Source: a virus. Taken from it: 64,000 nt of DNA. The notes under the pieces were generated by a model. It searched no databases and was not told where the DNA came from. It was given only the letters and a program-made list of their open reading frames with translations. Numbering within the stretch: the first letter of the stretch is position 1; each line of letters opens with the position of its first letter. Shown here piece after piece: positions 9,480 to 18,489 of the stretch. The position numbers and the translations under genes are program-made. The DNA lies in IMG/VR virus record IMGVR_UViG_3300028800_000012, positions 1 to 64,000 of that record. The stretch is one strand, 5' to 3'.

Positions 9480-9733
9480 TATTGCTCCGTCATTTTGATA
9501 ATCTCGGCACAAGCAACTGACGCATTGCGCGCGTTTTCTCTGAGTTGCTGCATGGCCTCGTATGTCTCGGCTGAGATTTCATAGGTCGTCCAGCGGTGAT
9601 TGCAGTCGAGACATGCGCGACGGCGGCGCAGGGGAGAATTGATGCCGCCACCGCTGGCGCGAGTTTCCAGTGGCTTGATTTTACTGCCGCGGCAATTCGG
9701 GCAGATGCGGGAGAAGGCGGGGAATGGGCGCAT
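9479..9733 (-). CDS. NrdR-like zinc-ribbon protein
   Basis: CPNCRGSKIKPLETR...RRRRACLDCNHRWTTYE. Confidence 0.6.
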   Translation of the reverse strand: MRPFPAFSRICPNCRGSKIKPLETRASGGGINSPLRRRRACLDCNHRWTTYEISAETYEAMQQLRENARNASVACAEIIKMTEQ

Positions 9734-9736
9734 GGT

Positions 9737-10474
9737 CTAGACAGCATCCTTCCAAAGCCAGATCGGCTCAGACGTGATGCTGGTTGTCGTGTTCGGCAGA
9801 TACTTCCCGTCGATCTTGTCGGGGCGTACGTACTTCGCGAGGAAGTCCACGCGGCCCTCGCGCTCGACACGCCACACCGCGCCCTCCACGTCCTCTTTCG
9901 ATCCGTGCTGCCCGTATTGCCCGAGCAGCGCCAGCGCGTTCTCAACGGACAGGGGCTCGGCGCTATCGCTAATCAGGTGCGCGGTCGGAATCTCGGCTAC
10001 GGCGCACCGCTGCGCGAACTCGTCCCGAAGGATTCGCTTGCCCTCGCGGAAGATGTCGAAGGCGATGTAGGGCGCGAAGCGCGGATGCGCCGCGTCGTAC
10101 AGCGTGCCGTGCGCCATCGCCATCCACTCACCGCAGATGCGCTCTCCAGGGTGCAGCAGATCGGCAAACACGATGCGGCGCTTCTTGACGTAGGGCGCGA
10201 AGGCTTTCAGGTGCTCATAAAGGGCGTCGGCCGCGCGATAGCCGGCGCGGGATAGGGCGACGATCTCCCCGTCGATGTTGGCAACCGACATGCACGCGCC
10301 GTCCAGCTTTTCCGTAACGACAATTCGGTCGCCCTTGCGTGGTTTCTCGCAGCAGATGCGGGCCTGCCCTTCGTGTACGTGCCAGTCTCCGGGACCGAGA
10401 CGCGAGTTCGGCAGATGGCCGATGGAGCCGTACGCTTTCGATTTCAGCGGTTTGGCTGGCTTCACATTCATCAC
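9737..10474 (-). CDS. RNA ligase-like nucleotidyltransferase
   Basis: KxDG motif VTEKLDGACM, ICGEWMAMAHGTLY, DVEGAVWRVEREGRVDFLAKYVR. Confidence 0.82.
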   Translation of the reverse strand: MMNVKPAKPLKSKAYGSIGHLPNSRLGPGDWHVHEGQARICCEKPRKGDRIVVTEKLDGACMSVANIDGEIVALSRAGYRAADALYEHLKAFAPYVKKRRIVFADLLHPGERICGEWMAMAHGTLYDAAHPRFAPYIAFDIFREGKRILRDEFAQRCAVAEIPTAHLISDSAEPLSVENALALLGQYGQHGSKEDVEGAVWRVEREGRVDFLAKYVRPDKIDGKYLPNTTTSITSEPIWLWKDAV

Positions 10475-11139
10475 GCCGCCCTCCTGCTCGCCAGCCCGTA
10501 CACTTCGGCCAATGTATCAAGGCATAGCCTGAGAAAGTCGGCGCACCTACTTAGGCCGTGCTTGGTCTCCCAGCCGATGTGCCGACCATATTCGACCACT
10601 GTCTTGCGCTCTCCAATGATGTACCGGGCGCAGATCAACCCACCATGCCCCGTGCTGGCCTTTAGAGCGGCGTCGGCGCGGGACAGCCGACCGAATGCTG
10701 CCATCACAGCATCGCTCAACGGATCGCCGAGCCTGCCGCCGTCTACGGCCGGACGGGAATAATCGATCGCTCTGCCGCCCCCGAGCATGGAGGTGTCGAT
10801 ATCGTCCCGGTATTTCAGTCCGGCCATGCACTGCAGATCGGTAATGCGGCCACGCACGAACATAGTGCGGAGCGGGTCATCTCTGAGCGAGACGATAACA
10901 GATACTTTCGGCTGGCCGGGTGAGCGGAGTTCTGTCGCGGCGGCGCTCATGGGGCGGGAGTAGTCCCGCCGCTCTGCCGGCGCTTCCGCCGCAAACTCCC
11001 GAATCCCGAATGGATCGTCGACCGTGACAACTGCCACTTTGGCATTGAAGGGCAGGTCTTTGGCCCGGCGGTCATGCACCTGTGCCGATTTCTTTTTCGG
11101 CGATACCTTCGCCGCTTTCAGCTTCTTGCGCTTAGCCAT
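10471..11139 (-). CDS. Hypothetical phage protein
   Basis: ATG at 11139 (MAKRKKLKAAKVSPKKKSAQVHDRRAKDLPF...), ATGA overlap downstream. Confidence 0.65.
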   Translation of the reverse strand: MAKRKKLKAAKVSPKKKSAQVHDRRAKDLPFNAKVAVVTVDDPFGIREFAAEAPAERRDYSRPMSAAATELRSPGQPKVSVIVSLRDDPLRTMFVRGRITDLQCMAGLKYRDDIDTSMLGGGRAIDYSRPAVDGGRLGDPLSDAVMAAFGRLSRADAALKASTGHGGLICARYIIGERKTVVEYGRHIGWETKHGLSRCADFLRLCLDTLAEVYGLASRRAA

Positions 11140-11503
11140 TTTCCCGCTCCGCCATATTGAGCGGCGCACTCGCCGCCAACGCCGTCCTTGCCTTCGCCTG
11201 CTGCTGCCACCTCTGGATTTCTTCAAGTTCTGCCGGCGAGCATTTCACTTCAACACCGCGCTCTCCGGTCGGTGGATTCACCATCTTGCGGAAATAGAGT
11301 TTTACGACCGGAAGTTCCAATGCCGTCTTTGGATACTCCCGATGCCGCATGAGTTCATGCATGGTCGGCGGCCCTGCGACTTCGGTGTGGTCCTCGCCGC
11401 GTCCTTCGAGAAAGGCTTGAATAGCGGATTTGACATCCGCCTCCGTGCCGATCAGCCAGCGCACAGGATCGGCGGCAAGAAGGCCCCAGGATTGCGCTGT
11501 CAT
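11132..11503 (-). CDS. Hypothetical protein
   Basis: 123 aa ORF in compact operon. Confidence 0.6.
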   Translation of the reverse strand: MTAQSWGLLAADPVRWLIGTEADVKSAIQAFLEGRGEDHTEVAGPPTMHELMRHREYPKTALELPVVKLYFRKMVNPPTGERGVEVKCSPAELEEIQRWQQQAKARTALAASAPLNMAERENG

Positions 11504-11811
11504 GCGGCTGCCTTTGTTTGATCCTTTGATGCGCGAATACGGTCTGCGACGATTTTCGCGTATCCTCCGATATCATCCCAATTATCGAGATATTCTCCGT
11601 CTCCGGTAACGATGCGGGAAATCTTCAATGCGATAAGGTCTAGCCCTTCCCGCACATCCACCGGCAAAGACTCCCACAACAATCCCTCATTATCCGGGTC
11701 TGGAATGTTTCGCATCGCTGCCTTAATATTCTGGGCGACGATGGCGTTATGCAGGAACGGTCCATAGACCGATCCGCGCTTCTTCGTGATTTCCGATACG
11801 ATATCAGGCAC
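11500..11811 (-). CDS. DUF6378-like phage protein
   Basis: KRGSVYGPFLHNAIVAQNIKAAM...DLIALKISRIVTGDGEYLDNWDDIGGYA. Confidence 0.7.
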   Translation of the reverse strand: MPDIVSEITKKRGSVYGPFLHNAIVAQNIKAAMRNIPDPDNEGLLWESLPVDVREGLDLIALKISRIVTGDGEYLDNWDDIGGYAKIVADRIRASKDQTKAAA

Positions 11812-12244
11812 CGATCAACTCCAATTCTACCCCAGCCTCCGCCAGAATTGCCGATGCGGAGGCGAGGCTGTCTTTCCATCTCTCTTGAAGATGTGGCGGG
11901 CATGCTGGCGCGACACAGCGTTTAATGCCTGCCTGGATCATGTGCGCCGCGCACCTGTCGCATGACATGAACGGCCATGTGTAGAGCGTGAAGCCGTGCA
12001 ACGGTTCTCGCGCCGCCAGGGCGGCGTTCATTTCGCAATGCACGGTGCGGATGTATTTCATATTGCGGTCGGCGTAGAGTTCTTCCGCGTCAGAACAGCC
12101 GCGCGGGAAACCATTAAACCCGACACTCGCAATTGTGCGATCCAGACGCACAATAACCGCGCCAGTCTGTGTGCTTGGGTCCTTCGACCATTGCGCTACG
12201 TGCTTCGCAAGATCAAGAAACCGAATATCCCATTTGTCGATCAT
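11804..12244 (-). CDS. dCMP deaminase-like protein
   Basis: KDPSTQTGAVIV...VHCEMNAALAA...PFMSCDRCAAHMIQAGI. Confidence 0.88.
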   Translation of the reverse strand: MIDKWDIRFLDLAKHVAQWSKDPSTQTGAVIVRLDRTIASVGFNGFPRGCSDAEELYADRNMKYIRTVHCEMNAALAAREPLHGFTLYTWPFMSCDRCAAHMIQAGIKRCVAPACPPHLQERWKDSLASASAILAEAGVELELIGA

Positions 12245-12253
12245 ATGTGCGTC

Positions 12254-13645
12254 TCAGTAGAACCAGGTTTTGGACTCATCAAATCGTACCGTTCTGATGC
12301 CGCGCCCTTTCCTGTGCCTGTGCTTGGCGAGAAGGAATTCGGCCTTGCCTTCCCAGTACATGACATCGGCCTCATAATCCCCTTCGTGCTTCGCGCCTTG
12401 TGTCGGCTTGATATCGGCCAGAATAACGGATGGCCGATGCACAATCACAACCGCGTCCGCTTCGTTCTCCATCGCCGACGAGCCGTACAGGCTGCGCATG
12501 CTCGGGCGGCGAATGTCCTTGGCCGTCTTTACCTGCGACAAGTCCTGCCGCGCGATGTGGCTCAATAAAATCCATGGCACGCCTAGCCGCTTCGCCATGT
12601 TCTTGTGATCGGAGACGATTTGTTCAAGCCTCACGCGCTCGTCGGCGCGGCCGTCATTCGCCCGCACCTTGCGCATGTGATCCGTAATGAATAGGCGGAC
12701 GCCGTATTTGGCCTGATCGCGCGATGCCCGAGTCAAGAGCGTTGAGGTCATCGGAGACGGCCGGTCGTCGACGTAGATCGGCAACTTGGAGAATCGCCGC
12801 TGCATCTCGATCAGGCGCTCCATCTCCGCATCGTTGAGATCGGCATCCTTGATCTTGTAAGCTGGAATTTCGGAAAAGCTCGCGAGCGCACGTTCGCCGA
12901 GTTCATCAGCTTGCATTTCGAGAGAAAAGATTTTGATCGGAATGGCTTTCTGCGCCAGCATAATGCAGAGCTGCAACGCGAGGCTCGTCTTGCCGCTGCC
13001 GGCTTCGCCGCCGATGACAATGAGATTCCCCGGACTGAGCGGCCCGACGAGTTCATCGAACGCGTTCAGCCCCGTCTCTAGTCCGGCGGGCTTGTCAGAC
13101 GTTCTGATTTCTCCGGCGCGGGTTACGACGCGGGACAGAACTCCGTTGAAGTCTATTCCATCATCGCCGGGATCGGTGCCGACCAGTTGCAAGCGGCGCT
13201 GGGCGTCGGCAATGATTTCTGTGGAGCGGCCCAGCTCCGCATTGCGCATTTGATCCGAAAGCCATTCGGCTTCCTGGATGGCGTGCCGCCGTCGCGCCGC
13301 ATCCAATACGGCATCAACAAAATCCTCTATTCCTCCTTCCGGCGCTTCGGCGATAAGAGCCGCGAGATAGGCAGGCAAGCTTATGTCATCGGCCTCACTG
13401 TCGCCGACAACGGACGGCACGAGTTGCTTCAATAGCGGAGAGCCGCGATCGGCGAGAACTCTTAGTGCCTTGAATACGGCCTTGTTGCGCGGCTCCACAA
13501 AATGCTCAACGGATAGCCTGTCAGCTACGTCATACCAAAGCCGACCGTCGCAGAGAATTTTTCCCAACACGCAGCGTTCCGCACTCGGGTTGGCGAGTGC
13601 CGGCGGCGGCGCATATTGTTCTTTCTTTTTTGCCGCGTAACTCAT
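12254..13645 (-). CDS. dnaB: Replicative DNA helicase
   Basis: GNLIVIGGEAGSGKTSLALQLC, N-terminal DnaB domain, LSHIARQ. Confidence 0.93.
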   Translation of the reverse strand: MSYAAKKKEQYAPPPALANPSAERCVLGKILCDGRLWYDVADRLSVEHFVEPRNKAVFKALRVLADRGSPLLKQLVPSVVGDSEADDISLPAYLAALIAEAPEGGIEDFVDAVLDAARRRHAIQEAEWLSDQMRNAELGRSTEIIADAQRRLQLVGTDPGDDGIDFNGVLSRVVTRAGEIRTSDKPAGLETGLNAFDELVGPLSPGNLIVIGGEAGSGKTSLALQLCIMLAQKAIPIKIFSLEMQADELGERALASFSEIPAYKIKDADLNDAEMERLIEMQRRFSKLPIYVDDRPSPMTSTLLTRASRDQAKYGVRLFITDHMRKVRANDGRADERVRLEQIVSDHKNMAKRLGVPWILLSHIARQDLSQVKTAKDIRRPSMRSLYGSSAMENEADAVVIVHRPSVILADIKPTQGAKHEGDYEADVMYWEGKAEFLLAKHRHRKGRGIRTVRFDESKTWFY

Positions 13646-14682
13646 GCTGCGTTTTCGACTTTCTTTGCCGCCATCAGCACGTCATTCCAATCACGCCCTA
13701 AGTCCGGCTGCTGTATCGTGACCTTGCGGCCTTCGCGCTCCAGCCTGACTTTCAATTCTTGCGCCGCTGTCAGCCCCGGAGACGGCATCCATTGTGTCCG
13801 GCCATTCTTCGGGGATTTAGGCGGGTCAGCATCGGCGTACACATGCACGCATTCGACTTCCGGCGGCAAGACAATCGATTTGAGTCCGGACGTACTGAGG
13901 CAGGCCCACACCGGCCATCCGCCGCCGACCAATTCGCGCACGGCAAGCGACGTTTCCAATCCCTCCGCCAGCCCGATCGTCGGCCATACTCCACCTATTC
14001 TGCATGCGCCACCCGCGACGTTGCCGAGCCCAAGCCGCGTTTTGCCGACCGGGGCCTTGCCGCTTCCATCAGGCTTGAGAAATATCCTCCAAATTCCCAC
14101 GCCTTCGCCATCGGCATTGCTCACTCTGGCGACGACGGCAGGGAATGTGCCGCCGTCCGGATGCTTCAACCCAGGATGAAAACGCAATTGATCGTCGGCG
14201 ACACTCGGATCGATGCCGCGCGAGCGCAAATACCGGAAGGCGATCTCGCCAAGCGGCCCTGACGATGCCCATATCCCCTTCGCAGTTTCCAGTCGGCGAG
14301 ACTTGTCGTGCTCTAGTTCTTGCTCACGCTTACGGGCGGCTGCCTCGCTTTGCTTTCTGCACTTCTCCCGTTCCTGCGGCGACATTTTGGAAACTGTCTT
14401 GCCGATGATGAAGTGGCAGGCGTCCTTGAAGCCGATGCCCCTGACATGCATGACAAGGCCGATCTGGTGGCCGTTCTTCGGCTGGCAGCCGCGGCAGCCG
14501 TATTTATTTTTGGCGAAGTTGATCCAGAAGCGGTCTTTTCCACCACAGACAGGACACGGCCCCGCGACGGAATGCATGCCGTCTTTCTTCATATTCGGAA
14601 TGCCGAGCATGGCGTAGACTTCGGCGATTGTTCTCGCCTTGGCTTCACGCATCCAGTCGGGTTCGGGGCCGGTGTATGTCAT
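13642..14682 (-). CDS. DNA primase with zinc finger and TOPRIM-like domain
   Basis: CPVCGGKDRFWINFAKNKYGCRGC; GLAEGLETSLAV...VHVYADADP. Confidence 0.88.
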   Translation of the reverse strand: MTYTGPEPDWMREAKARTIAEVYAMLGIPNMKKDGMHSVAGPCPVCGGKDRFWINFAKNKYGCRGCQPKNGHQIGLVMHVRGIGFKDACHFIIGKTVSKMSPQEREKCRKQSEAAARKREQELEHDKSRRLETAKGIWASSGPLGEIAFRYLRSRGIDPSVADDQLRFHPGLKHPDGGTFPAVVARVSNADGEGVGIWRIFLKPDGSGKAPVGKTRLGLGNVAGGACRIGGVWPTIGLAEGLETSLAVRELVGGGWPVWACLSTSGLKSIVLPPEVECVHVYADADPPKSPKNGRTQWMPSPGLTAAQELKVRLEREGRKVTIQQPDLGRDWNDVLMAAKKVENAA

Positions 14683-14714
14683 TTTGTTGTGCGATGACTC
14701 ACCGCGTTGACATT

Positions 14715-15071
14715 TCAAAGATGGAACGCTCGCTTCGCGATCCAGAGGTCCGGGTGCGAGATAGTCGTCCACGTCCACGGGTCGATCCACGACCAAACGC
14801 CGATACAGAACGGGATCAGGCCAATCAGTCCGATAAGAACCGCGCCGGCATACGCCAGTTCGGAATCCGAGTATGGGCCTCGGTCGGCGTCTCCTGCCTT
14901 CCGCCAAATCCAACGGGCGAGGAGCATCAAAGCAATCCCGATGCAGACCGTCATAAACCCTGAGACGAGCTGAGAGATCGCCTCCATCCGGGCGGCGGAC
15001 TTAGCGGCGTCCGCGACGGCGGGGCCGTACTTCTCCGCTAGATCGGCAAAGCGTTTTGCGAGTTCGTCCAC
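14715..15071 (-). CDS. Hypothetical membrane protein
   Basis: Two predicted TM stretches. Confidence 0.55.
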   Translation of the reverse strand: MDELAKRFADLAEKYGPAVADAAKSAARMEAISQLVSGFMTVCIGIALMLLARWIWRKAGDADRGPYSDSELAYAGAVLIGLIGLIPFCIGVWSWIDPWTWTTISHPDLWIAKRAFHL

Positions 15072-15112
15072 ATCGGCCCCCTATATGCTTTAGATCGCGT
15101 TCATTTCTCGTT

Positions 15113-15490
15113 TCAGGCGCTTTCCAATTCCAGCGTTACCGGATCGCACAGAACGACCATCTTCTTTTGCGCTTTGAAGTCGGCAATCTCGCCGCACACG
15201 CCATCCGATTCTTGCCACCCTTCGAATTTAGCAACCACACAGCCGCCGCACGTTTCGATGAACGGAAGATTGAACTTGCGCCAGAACTTCGCGTTGGCGG
15301 TCGGAAGGTCGCCATGCGTCGTCATGCCGTGAAAGTGCGCGATCGGAGAAAAGATGACGGTCTTGTACCGACGATGCAGTTGCGCCGATAACCGGCACGC
15401 ATCCAGATACGCGCCGACGTGCCCGCGTACATAATGCGTATATGGCTGGGCGAGATAGATCGGCGCCCGCATGGACGTGAGGCCGCTCAT
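15113..15490 (-). CDS. DUF1937-like (nucleoside deoxyribosyltransferase fold) protein
   Basis: MRAPIYLAQPYTH...VIFSPIAHFHGM...GEIADFKAQKKMVVLCDP. Confidence 0.6.
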   Translation of the reverse strand: MSGLTSMRAPIYLAQPYTHYVRGHVGAYLDACRLSAQLHRRYKTVIFSPIAHFHGMTTHGDLPTANAKFWRKFNLPFIETCGGCVVAKFEGWQESDGVCGEIADFKAQKKMVVLCDPVTLELESA

Positions 15491-15702
15491 GCCGCCTCCG
15501 CCGACCACTTGCCGGGAGAAAAACATACTTCGCAATGCTCCCGGCAATAACTGTAGTTTTTGAACGTCTGAGCTCCGCAGAACCGCGACTCTCCATTCCA
15601 CCGATCAATGATATAGCGGCAATCCCGCATGCCGAGATCGAATAGCCGCACGCCAGCCGGGCCTTCCATGAAATCGAAACCTGCGAAACTTAACTGTTGC
15701 AT
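15487..15702 (-). CDS. GcrA C-terminal-domain-like small zinc protein
   Basis: DCRYIIDRWNGESRFCGAQTFKNYSYCREHCEVCF resembles GcrA tail (W-P...FCG..PYC..H). Confidence 0.55.
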   Translation of the reverse strand: MQQLSFAGFDFMEGPAGVRLFDLGMRDCRYIIDRWNGESRFCGAQTFKNYSYCREHCEVCFSPGKWSAEAA

Positions 15703-15741
15703 GGATCGGCAACTGTAGCGCCGTGTGGATGAGATTTTAAC

Positions 15742-16302
15742 TTAGCGCGCTTCGTGTTCGGAACGAAGCGCATTCAGCTTTTGATAAAGCGCACTACGAT
15801 GAAACGGCGGATCGCCAAGTAGTGACGCCGCCGAGAACCTATCCACCGACAAGGCCAGCTCGCGCTCTGCCCAGACATGCGCCGGCACATCGATCCGATC
15901 CGGATCGAGAAACCCATAGAGCTGCAACGGGATGGCTTTCTTGCGCTCGATCTCTTGCGGCCGGAATACGCGGTCCAACTGCACCCGCTGAATGCCCATC
16001 TGCTTGGCGACGGTGCCCCAATCCAGATTGCCGTTTTTATTGCCAGTGGCGCGGAGATACTTGGCCTGTTCGATCTGCTCCGGAGTCAAATCTGGCGCGC
16101 GGTTGAACCCATAACGCCGCTTCAATGCCGGCGGCGCCTGTTTAAAAAACCGATGCTGACATGCCGATCTACTCCGCCCTGGGAATATCGACGCCACCCG
16201 GCCCCACTCTGGCCCGAACTTGCGTACTGCTGCTAATAATCGCCATGTCTCTTTCTTTGACCATTTCGGCGACGCGGGTCTAGAACTGCCAATTGTCGTC
16301 AT
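15742..16302 (-). CDS. Myb/SANT-like DNA-binding protein
   Basis: PKWSKKETWRLLAAVRKFGPEWGRVASIFPGRSRSACQHRFFK. Confidence 0.6.
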   Translation of the reverse strand: MTTIGSSRPASPKWSKKETWRLLAAVRKFGPEWGRVASIFPGRSRSACQHRFFKQAPPALKRRYGFNRAPDLTPEQIEQAKYLRATGNKNGNLDWGTVAKQMGIQRVQLDRVFRPQEIERKKAIPLQLYGFLDPDRIDVPAHVWAERELALSVDRFSAASLLGDPPFHRSALYQKLNALRSEHEAR

Positions 16303-16312
16303 TGCTCACCCT

Positions 16313-16846
16313 CTATGCAGCACGTAAAAGCGGCATTGACAGCACCGCGTAATCCGGATCGAGCCGACACCGAATCGTATCAAGAATTGCTAATGCGTCG
16401 GCAGCGTTGTCGTTTTTTGGCTCATAGCCGCGCGCCCGGCACTCATCCACACAGCGGCGCTTGAGCCAAACCCGGCGCTTGTTCTTGTCGGTGATTGTTT
16501 TCGGCGCGCGTGTGACTCCAAGGAAATGCGACCGCCATGTTACTTCCGCCACCGGCCAGAGATTCAGTCGCCGCCGCGCGACGATCTCATGCACCCTGAG
16601 ATAGCAGCCCTGGAGCCAGACTGTTGTGTCGATATTGGTTGCTCCATGGATCGGCACCGGCGGCTCTACGGCCAGATCGGTTATTTCATATTTTCCGATG
16701 ATGCCGTTGAGCCAGTCTGAGAATGCGGCAGCCTTATCGCCCATTGTGCCGATGAATTTGACAGAGCCGTACTCCCCGCCGGTTTCTCCGCCGATCCATG
16801 TTGCCCACCCAGTACAGGAAGCGATGTCGAGCGCGACGACTTTCAT
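16313..16846 (-). CDS. RuvC-like Holliday junction resolvase
   Basis: MKVVALDIASCTGWA...DLAVEPP...NAADALAILD. Confidence 0.8.
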   Translation of the reverse strand: MKVVALDIASCTGWATWIGGETGGEYGSVKFIGTMGDKAAAFSDWLNGIIGKYEITDLAVEPPVPIHGATNIDTTVWLQGCYLRVHEIVARRRLNLWPVAEVTWRSHFLGVTRAPKTITDKNKRRVWLKRRCVDECRARGYEPKNDNAADALAILDTIRCRLDPDYAVLSMPLLRAA

Positions 16847-17100
16847 TGCGCTGTTGTACCCGCCTTCGGAGTTATCAACGGTTCGGCTAAACTGTCGGCA
16901 ATTTTCTGAAAGCAGTCGTAGGCACCCTTCTCGCCGACCAACAGCCGCGCATAGACGCTCATTCCAGCAAGCGCGGCGCCGAGCCACGCAGCCGACACTT
17001 CCTTGCCGAAATGCTTTTCGATTTCGGCCGGCGCATGCACGCCGAACCGCAAGCCGTTCTCGACGATTTGTTCTTTCGTCAGCGGCACCGTAATCCCCAA
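16843..17100 (-). CDS. Hypothetical protein
   Basis: 85 aa ORF, ATGA overlap with RuvC-like gene. Confidence 0.55.
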   Translation of the reverse strand: MGITVPLTKEQIVENGLRFGVHAPAEIEKHFGKEVSAAWLGAALAGMSVYARLLVGEKGAYDCFQKIADSLAEPLITPKAGTTAQ

Positions 17101-17151
17101 CTGATGCCGATGGCGCGCGTGAGGCCGCGCCGGTCCTAAGCGGCTGTACTG

Positions 17152-17337
17152 CTACACAAGCCCGACGATGCGGGCCGCGATGTAGGCGGCAAATGAACTT
17201 GCCGGCATCGCAATAAGGAAGAACATCGTCTCCGCTTCATGCTGGCTTTGCGGAGAATTGCGCGCGAGCCCGTATAGGCCGCCGCAGAAGATAATCGCCG
17301 CTAGAATCCAGATCGGCGCCGATATGAACCACCACAT
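17152..17337 (-). CDS. Small membrane protein
   Basis: 61 aa with two TM segments. Confidence 0.5.
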   Translation of the reverse strand: MWWFISAPIWILAAIIFCGGLYGLARNSPQSQHEAETMFFLIAMPASSFAAYIAARIVGLV

Positions 17338-17349
17338 TTGAACGTTCCC

Positions 17350-17841
17350 CTACTTCCCCGCCGCAATAACGCCGTGCATGTCGTGCTTGATCGCCGACGT
17401 GACCAATTCCAATTCGTCGGCCTCTTTGAGAACTTCCCTAGCCTCACGCGGCGTGACCTGCCCGTCCGCCGCCGATTCCAAAATCTTGGCTACCATCTCG
17501 CCGCCTTCACGCGCCGCATAACCGGCTTTGACCGACAGACCGGAAACGATTGCCGCCGAATGCAGCGGCACAAGATCAAAGCCAAGCAGCCGCGCATAGG
17601 TGCGCAAAATCGTATGGTCGCCGGTCATGGTATCAAGATCGAGTGCCACATCGAGCGGCAGGAAATTGTTTTCGCGCGGATTGCCGGCACGTGAGATCGT
17701 CCCCGCGTCGAGCCGGGTCCGCTTCGCCACACAGCCGAGCGATTGCCCTGCCAGTTCGGCGGCGAGCTTGGTTGCCGTTTTCAGCGCCAGATAGTCGGCA
17801 CTGGAATGAGGCCGCGTCGTCCGTTCCTTCACGTCAAGCAT
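17350..17841 (-). CDS. Phage CII/CP76-like regulatory protein
   Basis: LKTATKLAAELAGQSLGCVAKRTRLDAGTISRAGNP...HTILRTYARLLGFDLV; position after cro. Confidence 0.7.
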   Translation of the reverse strand: MLDVKERTTRPHSSADYLALKTATKLAAELAGQSLGCVAKRTRLDAGTISRAGNPRENNFLPLDVALDLDTMTGDHTILRTYARLLGFDLVPLHSAAIVSGLSVKAGYAAREGGEMVAKILESAADGQVTPREAREVLKEADELELVTSAIKHDMHGVIAAGK

Positions 17842-17871
17842 AACTTCCCCCCTACCCCATTCTTGCTTTGT

Positions 17872-18186
17872 TCAAGTTCCGAATTGAATGGCGCGTTGCT
17901 GCGATGCCGTACACACTCGGCGCACTGCCGTAACGAGTGTCGCCGCCATGCGTACCGAATTAAAAAAAGCCGGGGTCACTTCCGCCCGAATGCGGGAGCG
18001 CCCCGGCATAGTTGCCGCGCCGTACAGGGAGGAATCGCCGACTGAGCGAGACGCGGGGTTGCGGCACATCGGCGAGATCGCCGACGCAATCGTGCAAGGG
18101 TTGGTCCGGCGGCGGAACGCGATACCGTCAACGCCGCCGAGCCAATCCAGCGAACCGGATGCGAGTTGAGGAGCCGGACTGGTCAT
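17872..18186 (-). CDS. Hypothetical protein
   Basis: ATGA overlap with cro-like stop; opposing plus ORF 17888-18169 also open. Confidence 0.35.
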   Translation of the reverse strand: MTSPAPQLASGSLDWLGGVDGIAFRRRTNPCTIASAISPMCRNPASRSVGDSSLYGAATMPGRSRIRAEVTPAFFNSVRMAATLVTAVRRVCTASQQRAIQFGT

Positions 18187-18395
18187 GACACGGCATCCTC
18201 GAAAATATCCGGCCGCAGTTTTTCCTTGGGAATTTTTCCGCTCGTCGCAGCGTCAATGGCCTTCGCCATCTTCGGGCTTACCGAGCCGCGCTGCTTGGCC
18301 TGCCAGATCGCATTCTGGGAGTAACCGGTGAGACGACCCAAAGCCGCCTCGGACCCGGCAATCTTAACGGCAGCGTCGAGCAATTCACGGACCAT
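18183..18395 (-). CDS. Cro/YdaS-like HTH protein
   Basis: MVRELLDAAVKIAGSEAALGRLTGYSQNAIWQAKQRGSVSPKMAKAIDAATSGKI; GGAGG before ATG. Confidence 0.8.
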   Translation of the reverse strand: MVRELLDAAVKIAGSEAALGRLTGYSQNAIWQAKQRGSVSPKMAKAIDAATSGKIPKEKLRPDIFEDAVS

Positions 18396-18404
18396 ACCTC
18401 CGTC

Positions 18405-18424
18405 TAACACCGATCCGTGTATAT
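18405..18424. promoter_or_regulatory. Putative operator copy 1: TAACACCGATCCGTGTATAT
   Basis: Contains near-palindrome ACACcGATCcGTGT; 19/20 match to 20085-20104; between divergent cro-like and repressor genes. Confidence 0.65.
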
Positions 18425-18438
18425 GTCAACGCCCTATC

Positions 18439-18458
18439 GTGTTGGACGGCGTGTTGGA
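18439..18458. repeat. Direct repeat CGTGTTGGA x2, 11-bp period
   Basis: cgtgttggacggcgtgttgga in cro-repressor intergenic region. Confidence 0.5.
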
Positions 18459-18489
18459 TTGTGACCGGGCCGAATGCCAAGTTCCGGCC

